From NCBI GenBank assembly GCA_036785375.1, contig JAWMAR010000465.1:434001-498000 (forward strand): 64,000 nt of DNA, written 5' to 3'. Positions 12,444 through 25,790 of this stretch are shown here, piece after piece (position 1 is the stretch's first letter; each line of letters opens with the position of its first letter). Source of the DNA: Leucoraja ocellata. Its lineage: Eukaryota. A program made the position numbers and the translations under genes. Below the pieces are notes generated by a model. The model was not told where the DNA came from. It ran no database searches and saw nothing but the letters and a program-made list of their open reading frames with translations.

Positions 12444-13565
12444 AGACAAAAATGCTGGAGAAACTCAGCGGGTGCGGCAGCATCTATGGAGCGAAGGAAA
12501 TAGGCAACGTTTCGGGCCGAAACCCTTCTTCAGACTGATGCAGGGGGGTGGGGAAGAAGAAAGGAAGAGGAGGAGCTAGAGGGCTGTGGAGAGCTGAGGG
12601 GAGGAGACAAGGGCTACCGGAAATTGGAAAAGTCAATGTTCAGGCCACTGGGATGCAGACTGCCCAAGCGGAATATGAGGTGCTGCTCCCCCAGTTTCCG
12701 GTGGTGCTCACTCTGGCCATGGAGGAGGCCCAGGACAGAACGGTCAGATTTGGAATGGGAGGGGGAGTTGAAGTGCTGAGCCACATGGAGATCAGGTTGG
12801 TTAATACGGACCGAGCGGAGGTGTTCGACGAAACGATCGCCAAGCCTACACTTGGTCTCACCGATGTAGATCAGCTGACATCTAGAACAGCGGATGCAAT
12901 AGATGAGGTTGGAGGAGGTGTGCAGGTGAACCCCTGTCGCACCTGGAACGACTGGTTGAGTCCTTGAATGGAGTCGAGGGGGGAGGTAAAGCGACACGTG
13001 GAGCATCTCTTGCGGGTGCAAGGGAAAAGTGCCCGGGGAGGGGGTGGTGCGGGTGGGAAGGGAAGAATTGACCAGGGAGTTACGGAGGGAGCGGTCTTTG
13101 CGGAAAGCAGACGGGGGGAGATGGGAAGACGTGGTGAGTGGTGGGGTCACGTTAGAGATGGCAAAAATGATGGAGGACTATTTGTTGTATGTGACGGCTG
13201 GTGGGGTGGAAGGTGAGGACTAGGGGGACTCTGCCCTTGTTACGAGTGGGGGGATGGGGAGTCAGAGTAGTGTTACGGGATATTGAAGAGACCCTGGTGA
13301 GAGCCTCATCTATGGTGGAGGAGGGGAACCCCCGTTCCCTGAAGAATGAGGACATCTCCGATGCCCTGGTGTGGAACACCTCATCCTGGGAGCAGATGCG
13401 GCAAAGACGGAGGAATTGGGAGTAGGGGATGGAGTCCTTACAGGAAGCAGGGTGGGAAGAAGTGTAGTCTAGATAGCCGTGGGATCAGTGGGTTTATAGT
13501 GGATGTCGGTCAGAAGTCTATCACCTGTGATGGAGATAGTGAGGTCAAGAAATGGTAGGGAAGTG
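12444..13565 (-). mobile_element. Penelope-like element (Neptune-type), 5'-truncated: RT C-terminus, GIY-YIG endonuclease and terminal repeat
   Basis: SNLIYCIRCSRCQLIYIGETK.RLGDRF.EH; 15-bp duplication tccacactttatggt at 12429-12443 and 13566-13580; hammerhead core about 12505-12535. Confidence 0.92.
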
Positions 13566-13620
13566 TCCACACTTTATGGTGCTGCTGGAGAGGTGGAAAG
13601 AGCATCTGTTACAGCAACTA

Positions 13621-16600
13621 CAGTGCCCTCCATAATGTTTGGGACAAAGACCCATCATTTATTTATTTGCCTCTGTACTCCACAATTTAAGATTTGTAAT
13701 AAAAACTATTGCTACAACTGTGGTAAGTGTGTCCAGGTTCAGCTCCTGAAGGACCGTGTTGGGGCACTGGAGAAGCAACTTGATGACCTCAGGAGAGTTT
13801 CCTGGACAGGATCTACAGTGAGGTTGTCTCGCCAAGGATACAAGAAGAACAAAGGTGGGTGACGAAGGGGAGTAAACTTGTGCAGGAGACCCAGGCGGCT
13901 GTGCCTAATGAAAACAGGTACGCCCTCGAGAGCTGTTGGGGGAGACAACGCTTCCAGTCCGAGCGGCGGACAGGTCGGTGGCTCAAATTCTAGGGATAGG
14001 GCTCGACCAGCGAGACCAACGTCGGGCAGAGCCCTAGTGGTGGGTGACTCCATTGTCCGAGGAGCAGACAGGAGATTCTGTGGCGGCAGACGAGATACGA
14101 GGATGGTCTGTTGCCTCCCTGTAGCCAGGGTTTAAGATGCCATGAACCAAATTCAGAACATCCTCGAGAGAGAAGGTGAACAGCCGGCAGTAGTTGTGCA
14201 CGAAGGCACAAACAACATTGGAAACAAGAGGAAGGAATTCCGTAACGCGAGTTCAGAGACTGAAGAATACTGAAAAGCAGGACTTCTAGGGTGGTCATCT
14301 GTGGATTGCTTCCAATACCTCGTGCTAGTGAGGGCAGGAACAGGGGGATGGGGGATCTGAGTGTGTGGCTGGGGGGGTTGGTACAGGGAGCAAGGATTTA
14401 GATTATAAACCACTGGGATCTCTCTGAGGTAGGGGTGACCTGTACAAAATGGACGGGTTACACCTTAAATGGAGGGGGACCGACATTCTGGCAGGCAGGT
14501 TTGCTAGGGCTACATGTGTGGGTTTAAACTAAATAGTGGGGGGGGGAGGGATTGACACAATGGGAGTATAAAGATGGAGCTAAAGGGGAGGCGACTACAG
14601 GTAAAATTACAAAAGATTCTCGAATTGATGGGAAAGAAAGTTCGAGAAGGGATAAAAGAGTAAGGTCAGGGTCAATTGTGAGCGGTGCGAGGGGGGATGT
14701 GAATACGGAGGTCAAAGTGTCGTATATGAATGCGCAAAGTATAAGGAATAAAGTGGACCAGCTTGAGGCTCAGTTAGAAATTGGCAAGTATGATGTTGTG
14801 GGAATTACAGAGACCTGGCTGCAAGAGGGCCAGGGTTGGGAACTGAATATTCAAGGGTATACCTCCTATCGAAAAGACAGACAGGTGGGCAAAGGGGGTG
14901 GGGTAGCTCTGTTGGTGTGGAATGAAATTCAGTCCCTTGCAAGGGGTGACATTGAAACAGGAGATGTGGAGTCAGTATGGATAGAACTAAGGAATTGTAA
15001 GGGTAAAAAGACCTTAATGGGAGTTATCTACAGGTCCCCAAACAGTAGCCTGGACATAGGGTGCAAGTTGAATCAAGAGTTAAAATTGGCATGTAGCAAA
15101 AGTAATGCTGTGGTTGTTATGGGAGATTTCAACATGCAGGTAGACTGGGAAAATCAGGATGATACTGGACCCCAGGAAAGGGACTTTGTGGAGTGCATCC
15201 GAGATGGATTCTTAGAGCAGCTTGTACTGGAGCCGACCAGGGAAGAATACGATTCTGGATTTAGTGTTATGTAATGAACTGGATTTGACAAGGGAACTCG
15301 AGGTAAAGGAGCCATTAGGAGGTAGTGACCATAACATGATAAGTTTTAATCTACAATTTGAGAGTGAGAAGGGTAAATTGGAGGTGTCAGTATTACAGTT
15401 AAACAAAGGGGACTATGGAGCCATGAGGGAGGAGCTGGCCAAAGTTGACCTGAAAGATACCCTAGCAGGGATGACAGTGGAACAAATAAAGAATTAAAAA
15501 TGAAGGAGAAGAAATATAACATAGCAAAGATGAGCGGGAAGCCAGTGGATTGGGCAACATTTAAAGAGCAACAGAAGATAACTAAAAATACAATATGGGG
15601 AGAAAAGATGAGGTACGAAGGTAAGCTAGCCAAGACTATAAAGGAGGATAGTAAAAGCATCTTTAAGTATGTGATGAGGAAAAAAATAGTTAAAGACCAA
15701 AGTTGGACTCTTGAAGACTGGAAAAGGTGAATTTATTATGGGGAACAAGGAAATGGCAGACAAGCTGAACAGGTACTTAGGATCCGTCTTCACTAAGAAG
15801 GACACAAACAATCTCCCTGATGTACTAGTGGCCAGAGGATCTAGGTTGACGGAGGAACTGAAGGAAATTCACATTAGACAGGAAATGGTGCTGGGTAGAC
15901 TGATGGGACTGAAGGCAGATAAATCCCCAGGGCCTGATGGTCTGCATCCCAGGGTACTTAAGGAAGTGGCTCTAGAAATTGTAGACACATTGGTGATATT
16001 TTTCCAATGTTCTATAGATTCAGGATCAGTTCCTGTGGATTGGAGAGTAGCTAATGTTATCCCACTTTTTAAGAAAGGCAGGAGAGAGAAAACAGGGAAT
16101 TATAGACCAGTTAGCCTGACATCGGTGGTGGGGAAGATGCTAGAGTCAATTATAAAAGATGAAATAGCGGCACATTTGGATAGTAGTAGCAGGATCGGTC
16201 CGAGTCCGCATGGATTTCCGAAGGGGAAATCATGCTTGACTAATCTTCTGGAATTTTTTGAGGATGTTACTATGAAAGTGGACAAGGGAGAGCCAGTGGA
16301 TGTAGTGTACCTGGACTTTCAGAACACAGTTGATAAGGGCCCACATAGGAGGTTAGTGGGCAAAATTAAAGCACATGGTATTGGGGGTAGAGTGCTGACA
16401 TGGATAGAAAATGGTTGGCAGACAGGCAACAAAGAGTAGGGATTAACAGGTCCCTTTCAAAATGGCAGGCAGTGACTAGTGGGGTACCGCAAGGCTCGGT
16501 GCTGGGACTGCAGCTATTTACAATATATATTAATGATTTAGATGAAGGGATTCAAAGTAACATTAGCAAAATTACAGATGACACAAAGCTGGGTGGCAGT

Positions 16601-18517
16601 GTGAACTGTGAGGAGGATGCTATGAGGATGTAGGGTGACTTGGACAAGTTGGGTTTGTGGGCAGATGCATGGCTGATGCAGTTTAATGTGGATAATTGTG
16701 AGGTTATCCACTTTGGTGTAAAAACATGAAGATAGATTGTTATCCAAATGAGTCAAGTTGGGAAAAGGGGAAGTACAAAGGGATCTGGGGGTCCTTGTTC
16801 ATCAGTCAATGAAAGTAAGAATGCAGGTACAGCAGGCAGTGAAGAAAGTGAATGACATGTTGGCCTTCATTACAAGGAGTTTAGTATAGTAGTAAAGAGC
16901 TCCTTCTGCAGATGTACAGGGTCCTAGTGAGACCACACCCGGAGTACTGTGTGGAGTTTTGGTCTCCCAATTTGAGGAAGGACATTCTTGCTATTGAGGG
17001 AGTGTAGCGAAGGTTTACAAGGTTGATTCCCGCGATGGCGGGACTGTCATATGTTGATAGAATGGAGCGGCTGGGCTTGTATATTTAGAAGGATGAGAGG
17101 GAATCTTATTGAAACATATAAGATTATTAAGGGTTTGGACATGCTAGAGGCAGGAAACATGTTCCTGACGTTGGGGTAATCCAGAACCAGCGGCCACCAT
17201 TGAAGAATAAGGGCTAGGCCATTTAGAACGGAGACGAGGAAACACTTTTTCACACAGAGAGTGGTGAGTCTGTGGAATTCTCTGCCTCAGAGGGCAGTGG
17301 AGACTGGTTCTCTGGATGCTTTCATGAGAGAGCTAGACAGAGCTCTTAAAGATAGAGGAGCCAAGCAATAGGGGAAGAAGGCAAGAACGGGGTACTGATT
17401 GTGGATGATCAGCCATGATCACATTGAATGGCGGTGCTGGCTCGAAGGGCCGAATGGCCGACTCCTGCACCTATTGTCTATTGTCAAGAATTGACCATTT
17501 TTTAGCTTTGAAAAACTCCTTTGTTTCTTTAGCAGTATGTTTGGGATCATTGTCTTGCTGTAGAATGAACCGCTGGCCAGTGAGTTTTGAGGCATTTGTT
17601 TGAGCTTGAGCAGATAGGATGTACACTTCAGAATTCATTATGCTACTACATGCCCAGGCCATTACACCCCCACCACCATGTTTCACAGATGAGGTGGTAT
17701 GCTTTCAATCTTGGGCAGGTCCTTCTCTCCTCCTTATTTTGCTCTTGCCATCACTCTGATATATGTTAATCTTTGTCTCATCTGTCCACAAGACCTTTTT
17801 CCAGAACTGTGGTTGCTCTTTTAAGTACTTCTTGGCAAACTTTAACCTGGCCATCCTATATTTGCGTGTGGTTTGCATCTTGCAGTGTAGCCTCTGCATT
17901 TCTGACCATGAAGTTTTCTGCGGACAGTGGTCATTGACAAATCCACACCTGACTCCTGAAGAGTGTTTCTGATCTGTTGAACAGGTGTTTGGGGATTTTT
18001 CTTTATTATAGAGAGAATTCTTCTGTCATCAGCTGTGGATGTCTTCCTTGGCCTGCCAGTCCCTTTGCGATTAGTAAGCTCACCAGTGCTCTCTTTCTTC
18101 TTAATGATGTTCCAAACAGTTGATTTTGGTGGATGAATCAAACAGTTTTAGTCTTGTTTCTTAGTCTCATAATGGCTTCTTTGACTATCATTGGCACAAC
18201 TTTGGTCCTCATGTTGATAAACAGCAATAAAAGTTTCCAAAGGTGATGGAAGGACTGGAGGAAAGACTAGGTGCTGAGAGCTCTCTTATTAAGGAGGCAT
18301 TTAAACACACCTGAGCAATTACAAACACCTGTGAAGCCATGTGTAAAAAAAAATTATGGTGCCCTGAAATGGGGGGACTATGTATAAACACAGCTGTAAT
18401 TTCTACATGGTGAAACCAAAATGTATAAAAATGGCCCTTTTATAAAATCTGACAGTGCAGTACAGAGGCAAATAAATAAATGATGTGTCTTTGTCCCAAA
18501 CATTATGGAGGACAGTG
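13621..18517 (-). mobile_element. Tc1/mariner element, degenerate, interrupted by CR1
   Basis: About 60-bp inverted ends ca(g/c)tg(c/t)cctccataatgtttgggacaaagac, TA at both sides; transposase fragments GRPRKTS, KVLWTDETKIN, KHGGGGVMAW, QQDNDPKHT at 17490-18200. Confidence 0.92.
13706..17485 (+). mobile_element. Near full-length CR1 LINE (ORF1 esterase; ORF2 APE-RT), frameshifted
   Basis: ORF1 CGKC..coiled coil and LVVGDSIVRG (SGNH-type); ORF2 VGITETW, GDFN, KSPGPDG, NYRPVSLTS, GVPQGSVLG, DDTKL; (ctattgt)n tail. Confidence 0.95.
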
Positions 18518-18587
18518 TATGTTTTAGTTACATCTTGGTATGACCAAGGGGATTATGCTTACCCACACCCGCCCGATCCATACATAC

Positions 18588-18745
18588 CTGATCAGCATGA
18601 ATTTTATCTCAAAAGCTGGTGAATAGTCTTCAAATCTAATTATACGTTCAAACAGCAGTGGAGTGATAAAGTTAGCTGCAGTGATCACAATAGAGGGCAA
18701 GTATTCAACCGTTAGATCAATTGTGAAGCTTCCGGAATTAGTTTT
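18588..18745 (-). CDS. TMC7: TMC7 exon 9
   Basis: YLPSIVITAANFITPLLFERIIRFEDYSPAFEIKFMLIR; canonical sites. Confidence 0.96.
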
Positions 18746-19425
18746 CTGATAAAAATAGAAACATGATTAAATTAAGCACCTATATCACTATAAGAGTCTC
18801 AAAATAAAATTTAAACGGGGAAACAGAAAATATGAGATGATAAACAGTCTATTCGGCCTATTGAAACAACAAACAACAATAATTTATAAGTATATGACAC
18901 CTTTACATGTGTGAACATATACTGTCATCTCACAGAAACTTTGATAAAATGTGACATTAACCAAACTATGAAAAACAGCAGAAGATGTTGGAATACTTAG
19001 CAGCTCAAGCTGTATCAGTGGAGAGAGAAATAATTTGACATTTAAAATTAATGCCAGCTCCCAGATAACAATGACCCGCTGAATTTTTCTGGCATTTTGT
19101 ATTATTTACTGATATTGGCACTGTAACAAAATTAAACACAGTGTGCAAAGGTTCGGTCAAAGAGGTGGTTTTAAAGAAGCCTCAAAATGTTTAAAAAAGA
19201 TAAAGGCTTGGATAAGGGACTAACGGAGAAATGCATGGCTGCAAATGGAGGAAAATATTATCTTAGGAATGGCAAAGGGTCAAGAATGAAAAGGTCATAA
19301 GGAATAGGAGTAGGATTCGGCCATTCCGCCCATCAAGTCTACTACGCCATTCAATCATGGCTGATCTACCTCTCCCTCCTAACCCCATTCTCTTGCCTTC
19401 TCCCCATAACCTGACAACCGTACTA

Positions 19426-21952
19426 CTTCCTGCGTATGGCGTGCACAGCCTAAAGTTGTAGATCAAGGATAGATATCCAGGCCAGGACAGCATCAGTTAC
19501 TGGGTGGATGGCTTTGATGCTCCCAGGGAAAAGCCTCAGTGGGCAGTCATTCACGATATGTGGGATGATCTAGTCTGGATGTCTGCAGTCACAAGCAGGG
19601 CTGTCTGTCATCCCCCACTTGTGCAGGTGATGGGCTGTTCTTGCATGGAGGGTGCAGATTATGTTCAGGGTTAGCCATTGCTTGTGATGGAGGTCAAAGC
19701 CTGGTGGTTTCACTGTGGGGTCTGTGACCTCTCCGCTGTTGGTGTTGGCATCTTTCTAGGCTCTGCGCCACTAAGTCTTGGAGTCAAAGTCTTCCAGGGA
19801 TTTAACGGAAGACCAGAAGGGTTTGCGGGACTTCAGGCACGTGTTGGGCAGATTGTTCAAGTCAGCATGGAGGGAAAGGTCAGGGTTAGCCTCGATGGTG
19901 CACCAATCTTTCAACATCCTCTCCCTGCTGCGTATGCTGGGAGGGGTGATATGAGAGAGGACAGGGAGCCACTGCAAAGGTGTTGACTTGAGCGTCTCTG
20001 TGATGACCCGCATTGCAGAGTTAAGGAGCGTGTCAACTCGTTTGGTGTGGCAGCTATTAGCTCAAGCTGGTGAGCTAAACTCAGCCGTTGAGTAGACTAG
20101 GGCTAAGCTTGTGGTACGGAGGGTGTGTGCATTGAATCCCCAGCTGTTGCCTGCAAGTTTCCTGATGATGTTGACCCTTGCTTTCAGTTTATCAGCCACC
20201 CTCTTCAGGTGTTCACGATAGGTGAAGGTGCGATCTAGGGTGACTCCGAGGTACTTGGGGAATTCTTCATTCTTCATCGGTGTAGAGCAAATAACACATA
20301 CTCAGAGTAACGATCCAACAGGATTATTGACATACAATAAAGTTGCACAGCATGTTGGCGTCACCTCATGCTGCATCTGGGTCACGACTGGCAGCTTGTG
20401 CCAGGAACTGTTAATAAGAGTGGTGCCGGTATGATGAAAACAAGGACTGGATTATAGATAAGTGGTGTGGAGCATATGTGTGTTAGTATTGGGTAACATG
20501 CAAATAGATCAGGTCTACAACCAGCTTACCACTCGGAGCTTAGCATTGGCGAGCCGATTGCTGAGGTGAAAGGCAGTGACCATTGTCTTAGATTGGTTGG
20601 GGCAAAGTCGCCAGAAGATGAAGTACTCCTCCAACTCCTTCAAGTCTTGGGTTAGCACTCTGCTGATATCCTCAAGGGCAGCTCCCTGGTCTACAAGGCC
20701 AAGGTCATCTGCATATGCAAACTTCCTGCATGAGATAGTTGGCATGTCACTCACATAAATGTTGAAGAGTAGGGGAGCTAGGACAGAGCCCTGGGGGGAG
20801 ACCGTCATTCAGGGTCCTGACAGAGCTGGTCTGGTTCCCATGCGAGACCTTAAATCTACGGTTGCTGAGGATGGATGAGACTTCAAGATTCTGGAAGCTT
20901 TCAGCAACAGACCATGTCTCCACACGGTGTCATAAGCTGATGACAGATCGATGAGAGCAACACCAGTTTTCAGGGCACATTGGAAGCCAGCCTGTATATT
21001 GGTAGTGAGGGCAAGGACTTGGTCTGCGCAGTTTCTACCAGGCCTAAAGCCACCTTGCTCACTGGCATCCCATCAACTCCTGCTGCTTTCCCAGCTTTAG
21101 TAGAGGGTAGGCCTTTGTCTACATCAACTGGAGTGTACGGATTAGAAAGGGGGCTTGAGGATGGTGAAGATGAGATGGACATTGTCTCACTTCTTATCGC
21201 TTCTTTGGAAGTGGTGACCTTTGAGTTTGCCAGCAGGCGAGAGGCTACAGCATTTGCTGACACCTTGAGGGGGGTTGTACCGGGCAGGAACAGCTGAACC
21301 AAGATGACGAAGGAGAGTCCAAGTCTTCCTGCTGGAGTGTGTAAAGTTCAAGTCATCTACAGTCTCTTGCCAGCATTGATATCTTGCTGTATCCAGGGAA
21401 TCTAGCAATTCTGTGGCAGTATCTGGGTTGCCTGTGGCCTCAAACTGCTTCAGGAAGTCTTCTGATTCAGGGAGCTAGCAAAGAGTGAAGATTTTGCAGA
21501 CGTACTTCTTTGCTGCAGCCTTCAGGATCGTGCAGAAGGACTTGTAATTCTTGCTGACAGGTTCAAGACGTGATCTTTTCCTCAACTTCTTGTGTGAAAC
21601 CTGTCCAATCTGCTTTCCTGAAGTTCCAGCGTGCGAGCGGCTTGGATGAGATCACAGGGATATGTACACCGATATGGATTAGAGCAGGTGTATGTTGACT
21701 TATGGATCATGGAGCAGGGTGGCCAACATCAGTTTTCAATGTGAAGCAGAGGTCTGGGTTGTACTCTCTCCTCCATCTGCTTGAGTGGAATGTACCTGGT
21801 TGCTTGGCATCGTGGAGGTGGTAGCGATCATTGTTGGATGCCCACATATCCAGTCATTCCCCATTCTCATCTTTGGTTGAGTAGCCCAGGGTGAGTGATG
21901 ACTGTTAATGTCCCCTGCATGTACTTCTGGGTGGTGGAAAGTGGGTACCCGT
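19426..21952 (-). mobile_element. Vingi/Ingi-clade LINE, 5'-truncated and degenerate
   Basis: AGDINSHH (APE), PQGSVLAPLLFNIY, YADDL, YLGVTLDRT, RKLAGNSWG..TLRTTSLALVYSTAE, STPLQWLPVLS, C-terminal CDC..H..CP; imperfect 12-bp duplication aca(a/c)ccgt(a/g)cta. Confidence 0.8.
20281..20518. mobile_element. Solo LTR inserted in the Vingi ORF
   Basis: TGTAGA...TCTACA inverted termini; interrupts RT coding sequence; TSD imperfect (atcgg/accag). Confidence 0.6.
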
Positions 21953-21968
21953 ACACCCGTGCTAATCA

Positions 21969-22100
21969 TAGAGCACTGGCATCTCAGGTCTACAACACTG
22001 GCATCTCAGGTCTACAACACTGGCATCTCAGGTCTACAACACTGGCATCTCAGGTCTAGAGCACTGGCATCTCAGGTCTACAACACTGGCATCTCAGGGC
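21969..22100. repeat. 22-bp tandem repeat, 6 copies
   Basis: ta(caa/gag)cactggcatctcaggtc in order A-B-B-B-A-B. Confidence 0.95.
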
Positions 22101-22233
22101 TGGAGGACTTTATGAAGATGGGCAGTGCCATGTAGGGTTGTGGAATTGAATTGTTCCTTAAACAAAAACCAAGGAAAGGCAAAGTGATTGAAGCAAATTG
22201 CTTGGAACAAAACAAAGTGCTCGAGTACTCAAG

Positions 22234-22991
22234 TCAAGTTAAGTTTTATTTGTCACATGCACATAGTGCAGTGAAATGAGTTTGCCAGCAGCGGTACAAT
22301 TTAAAAAAAAAACACACAATACACAATAAAAATGTAACACAAACATTAAATTCATCACTGTGGTGGACGGCACAAAGGTTGGTCAGTCCTCCTCCATTTT
22401 CCCCCGTGGTAAGGACCACAACTCTCCACAGTCGCCTCTGCGGGATGCCGGATGTGCAGACAATGTAAGTCCAGAATCGGTGCCTCCCCGCCGGAGACCG
22501 CGGCTTCAAGATGGTGTAGGCCACAGACCGGCGGTCGAAGATCTAAAGTCCCCGCCACGCCGCAGCAAGAAGCACCGCAGACCGCATGGCCGGCAGTCGG
22601 AGCTCCTCTCCAGGGATACCCGGCGAGGGGCCCCGCTCCGGACGATAAGTCCCTGCCACGCCCGCGGTTATAAGTTGGCCTCAGGCCGGCAGTCAGAGCT
22701 CTTCTCCTCCGGGGTCCCCAACGAGGGATCCCAGGCGCTGGACGCTGCGCCAGCTGGAGCTCCGCAGACCGTGACTTCAGGCTGTCGCAGGCCAGCGAAC
22801 GGAGTGCTCCCCCCCCCCCCCCCCCCACCTCCCCCGTCGAGGGCTCGTCCACTACGAGCCGAAAGGGCCCATGCTGCGCCCGCTGCTGAAGCTCCGGTCG
22901 CGTCTCCGGGAAAGGCTGCACCACACCTCTATGTTAGGCCACGAGGGAGGCAACATGGAATAAGTCGCCTCTCCGTGGAGGAGCAGCATTT
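22234..22991 (-). mobile_element. GC-rich non-autonomous retroelement with LINE-like 3' tail
   Basis: CpG-rich 5' body; 3' end tgtgacaaataaa followed by (acttg)n-like microsatellite; ORFs are GC-driven. Confidence 0.55.
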
Positions 22992-23443
22992 CTCAAGGGA
23001 ATGATAGCCGACACAAGGAGAACATCAAAGTAAATTTTACAGTAGAGCTATAAAATCGAGCAACTGCAGGTGTTGGAATTATCAGCAAAACACAACCAAA
23101 CAAAAGCATTCTAAAGGCCAGGTACCTCAGGCTAAATATTTCAATATCCATGTCCCATTGATGTGATGCGATTTTGCAATGGAAAATTTGAACTTGAGAG
23201 GCAAAGTGTAAGGCTATGGCCAATACCAAGACATTCTTTCTTGCAACTTTTAAAGAATATGCATAGTCCTTAAAGTTCTACAAATATACCCAGCCCGTTT
23301 GTGTTATATTGTACTGCAAGAATAAAATAATCTACAAATGACAGCAGTAAATCCCATCATTGATTTTTAACATGTAAATAAGAGAGTGGTCATACCATTT
23401 GTAACCTCATTGCTTTATGTCAAGCAACAAACTGAATACTCAC

Positions 23444-23617
23444 TTCGTTATTATACTGCTGAGAGTAGACAGTAGTTTGATAAATGAAGTAGAAACAAAC
23501 CATCAGTATCAATACCACAAGCAAGTTCAAGAGCGCTCTCAGGAGGTAGATCTTGACTTTTTCCTTCTGAGTCCTATCAGCAATCTTCTGCTTAATTCTT
23601 TCTTCATCCAAATCAGT
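23444..23617 (-). CDS. TMC7: TMC7 exon 8
   Basis: TDLDEERIKQKIADRT...LRALLNLLVV...YSQQYNNE; |gtgagt donor. Confidence 0.95.
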
Positions 23618-23714
23618 CTACAACCAGAAAAACAAAGTTTATTTCTCTGCCTCTTGCAAGAAAAGCTCTTTCCATTACAAATACTGTAAATGTGCCTGGC
23701 AAAGGTTCCCTTTT

Positions 23715-24612
23715 AGAGTTATAGAGAGATACAGTGTGAAGACGAGCCCTTCGACCCAACTTGTCCACACCGGCCAACAGCTACACTAGTCTGAAGAAGG
23801 GTTTCGGCCCGAAACGTTGCCTATTTCCTTCGCTCCATAGATGCTGCTGCACCCGCTGAGTTTCTCCAGCTTTTTTGTGTAACCTTCGATTCTCCAGCAT
23901 CTGCAGTTCCCTCTTAAACAGCTACACTAGTCCCACTTGCCTGCATCTGGCCCATATCCATTAAACCTGTCCTATCCAAGTACCTGCCTGACTTCAATTT
24001 CTTAAATGTTGGGATAGTCCCAGCCGCAACTACCTCCTCTGGCAGCTTGTTCCATGCACCCACCACGCTTTGTGTGAAAAAGTTACCTCTCAGATTCCTA
24101 TTAAATCTTTTCACCTCTCACCTTAAACCTATGTCCTCTGGTTCTCAATTCATTTACTCTGGACAAGAGACTCTGCATCTACCCGATCTATTCCTCTCAT
24201 AATTTTATACACCTCTAAAAGATCACCCCACATCCTCCTGCGCTCCAAGGAATAGAGACCCAGCCTACTCAACCTCTCCCTATAGCTCAGACCCTCTAGT
24301 CCTGGCAACATCCTCATAAATTTCTCGGTACCCTTTCCAGCTTGGCAACATCTTTCCTATAGCATGGTGCCCAGAACTAAACACAATACTCCAAATGCAG
24401 CCTCACCAACGTCTTATACAACTGCAACATGACCGCCCAACTTCTACACTCAATACTGACTGATGAAGGCCAATGTGCCAAAATGCCTTTTTGACAACCG
24501 ATCTACCTGCAACTCGACCTTCAAGGAACTATGCACCTGCACTCCAGATCCCTCTGCTCTACAACACTCCACAGAGCCCTACCATTCACTGTGGAGGTCC
24601 TGCCCATGTTAG
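23715..24612 (-). mobile_element. CR1 3' fragment containing a hammerhead-bearing insert
   Basis: RFNRNLRGNFFTQSVVGAWNKLPEEVV; insert 23792-23916 flanked by aacagctacactagtc. Confidence 0.85.
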
Positions 24613-25025
24613 ACTTTTTTTTTTTTTACGAAGGACAGCACTTTAAAGAGGGCAATTCTAAAGTTTAAAATTTCAGTGTTGACAAAAGTCTAACTGAACT
24701 TATACCTGTAATCTAATGAAAAACGAGAAAGAAGCACATTCTTTTTATCACAACATGGTCACATAAATGTCATCCTAATTGCCAGAACTGCATTTCTTGC
24801 ATCCACGCTCTGCTGAAGATTGAATGGGGTATCCCAGCTCGGACAGTTAACCAGAATCATTAGACAATAGGTGCAGGAGTAGGCCATTCGACCCTCAGAG
24901 CCAGCACCACCATTCAATGTGATCATGACTAAGGTTTGCACAAGCCAGACCCTGCACGATTCATGAATACTGCAACATTGGAATCTGGCCTTTACCTGTT
25001 CCACAATAGTTGGCAGAAAACTTAC

Positions 25026-25172
25026 CTTCAGCTCATACTGAAGACTACGATGTTTCAACTCTGCAGCACGCTCATCTCTGATACAAAAGTCCCAACCTGC
25101 AAAAATCTTATTACAAAAACTCTGAAATCGGTCTTCTGATCTGATAAAGCTTTGTTTGAAACCTTCCACTGC
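25026..25172 (-). CDS. TMC7: TMC7 exon 7 (1 nt short for the phase-2 junction)
   Basis: AVEGFKQSFIRSEDRFQSFCNKIFAGWDFCI...LQYELK; the cag|GCA acceptor is phase 0, not phase 2. Confidence 0.93.
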
Positions 25173-25309
25173 CTGAAGGATGAACACAAGATGAAATCAG
25201 TGATGGTACTCGCATGAACAGATTGCACGAATAAGACATAAAATAAGGAATAGATAATTTGCCCTCTTGCCTGTTCCACTATTCAATTACATCATAAATA
25301 ACCTGTTTT

Positions 25310-25790
25310 TCCTCACCTTTTTACACCGCCCACCACTTGATGCCTATATTATCCAGGGTGGGAGGAGTCTAGTCCAGATAACTGTGGCAATCAGTAGTTT
25401 TGTAGTAGATGTCAGTCGATAGTCTGTCCCTTAAGATGAAGACAGGAAGATCAAGAAAGGGGAGATGGGTATTATAGAGAGTCCAAGTAAATTTTGAGGG
25501 CAGGGTGGTAGTGGCAAAGTTAATGAAATTAGGGAGTTCTGCATGAGTGCAGAGGCAGCCCCGATGCAGTTGGCGAGTTCGCAAAGAAAAAGTTGGAGGA
25601 TGGTGCCAGTGTACATTTGGACCATGGACCATTCGATGTAACCAACAAAATGACAGGCATAGATGGGACAAGTGCCCATGGCTACACCTTTAACCTGGAG
25701 TGAAAGGAGTCAAAAGAGTAGTTGTTGGGGCATGTTCCGCCAGATGGAGGAGAGATAGTAGTGGGAAATTGATTGGGTTTCTGTTCAAGG
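25310..25790 (-). mobile_element. Penelope RT fragment
   Basis: LPFLDL....DRLSTDIYYKTTDCHSYLD; AMGTCP.YA..FVGYIE. Confidence 0.75.

Noticed and set aside
21969-22100. CRISPR-like appearance of short regular repeats (also 44238-44465 and 1261-1335)
   Set aside because: Head-to-tail tandem units with no unique spacers, no cas genes, eukaryotic context
22355-23004. 189- and 214-aa ORFs as a nested gene
   Set aside because: GC-driven, open on both strands, no recognisable domain, inside a retroposed-looking element
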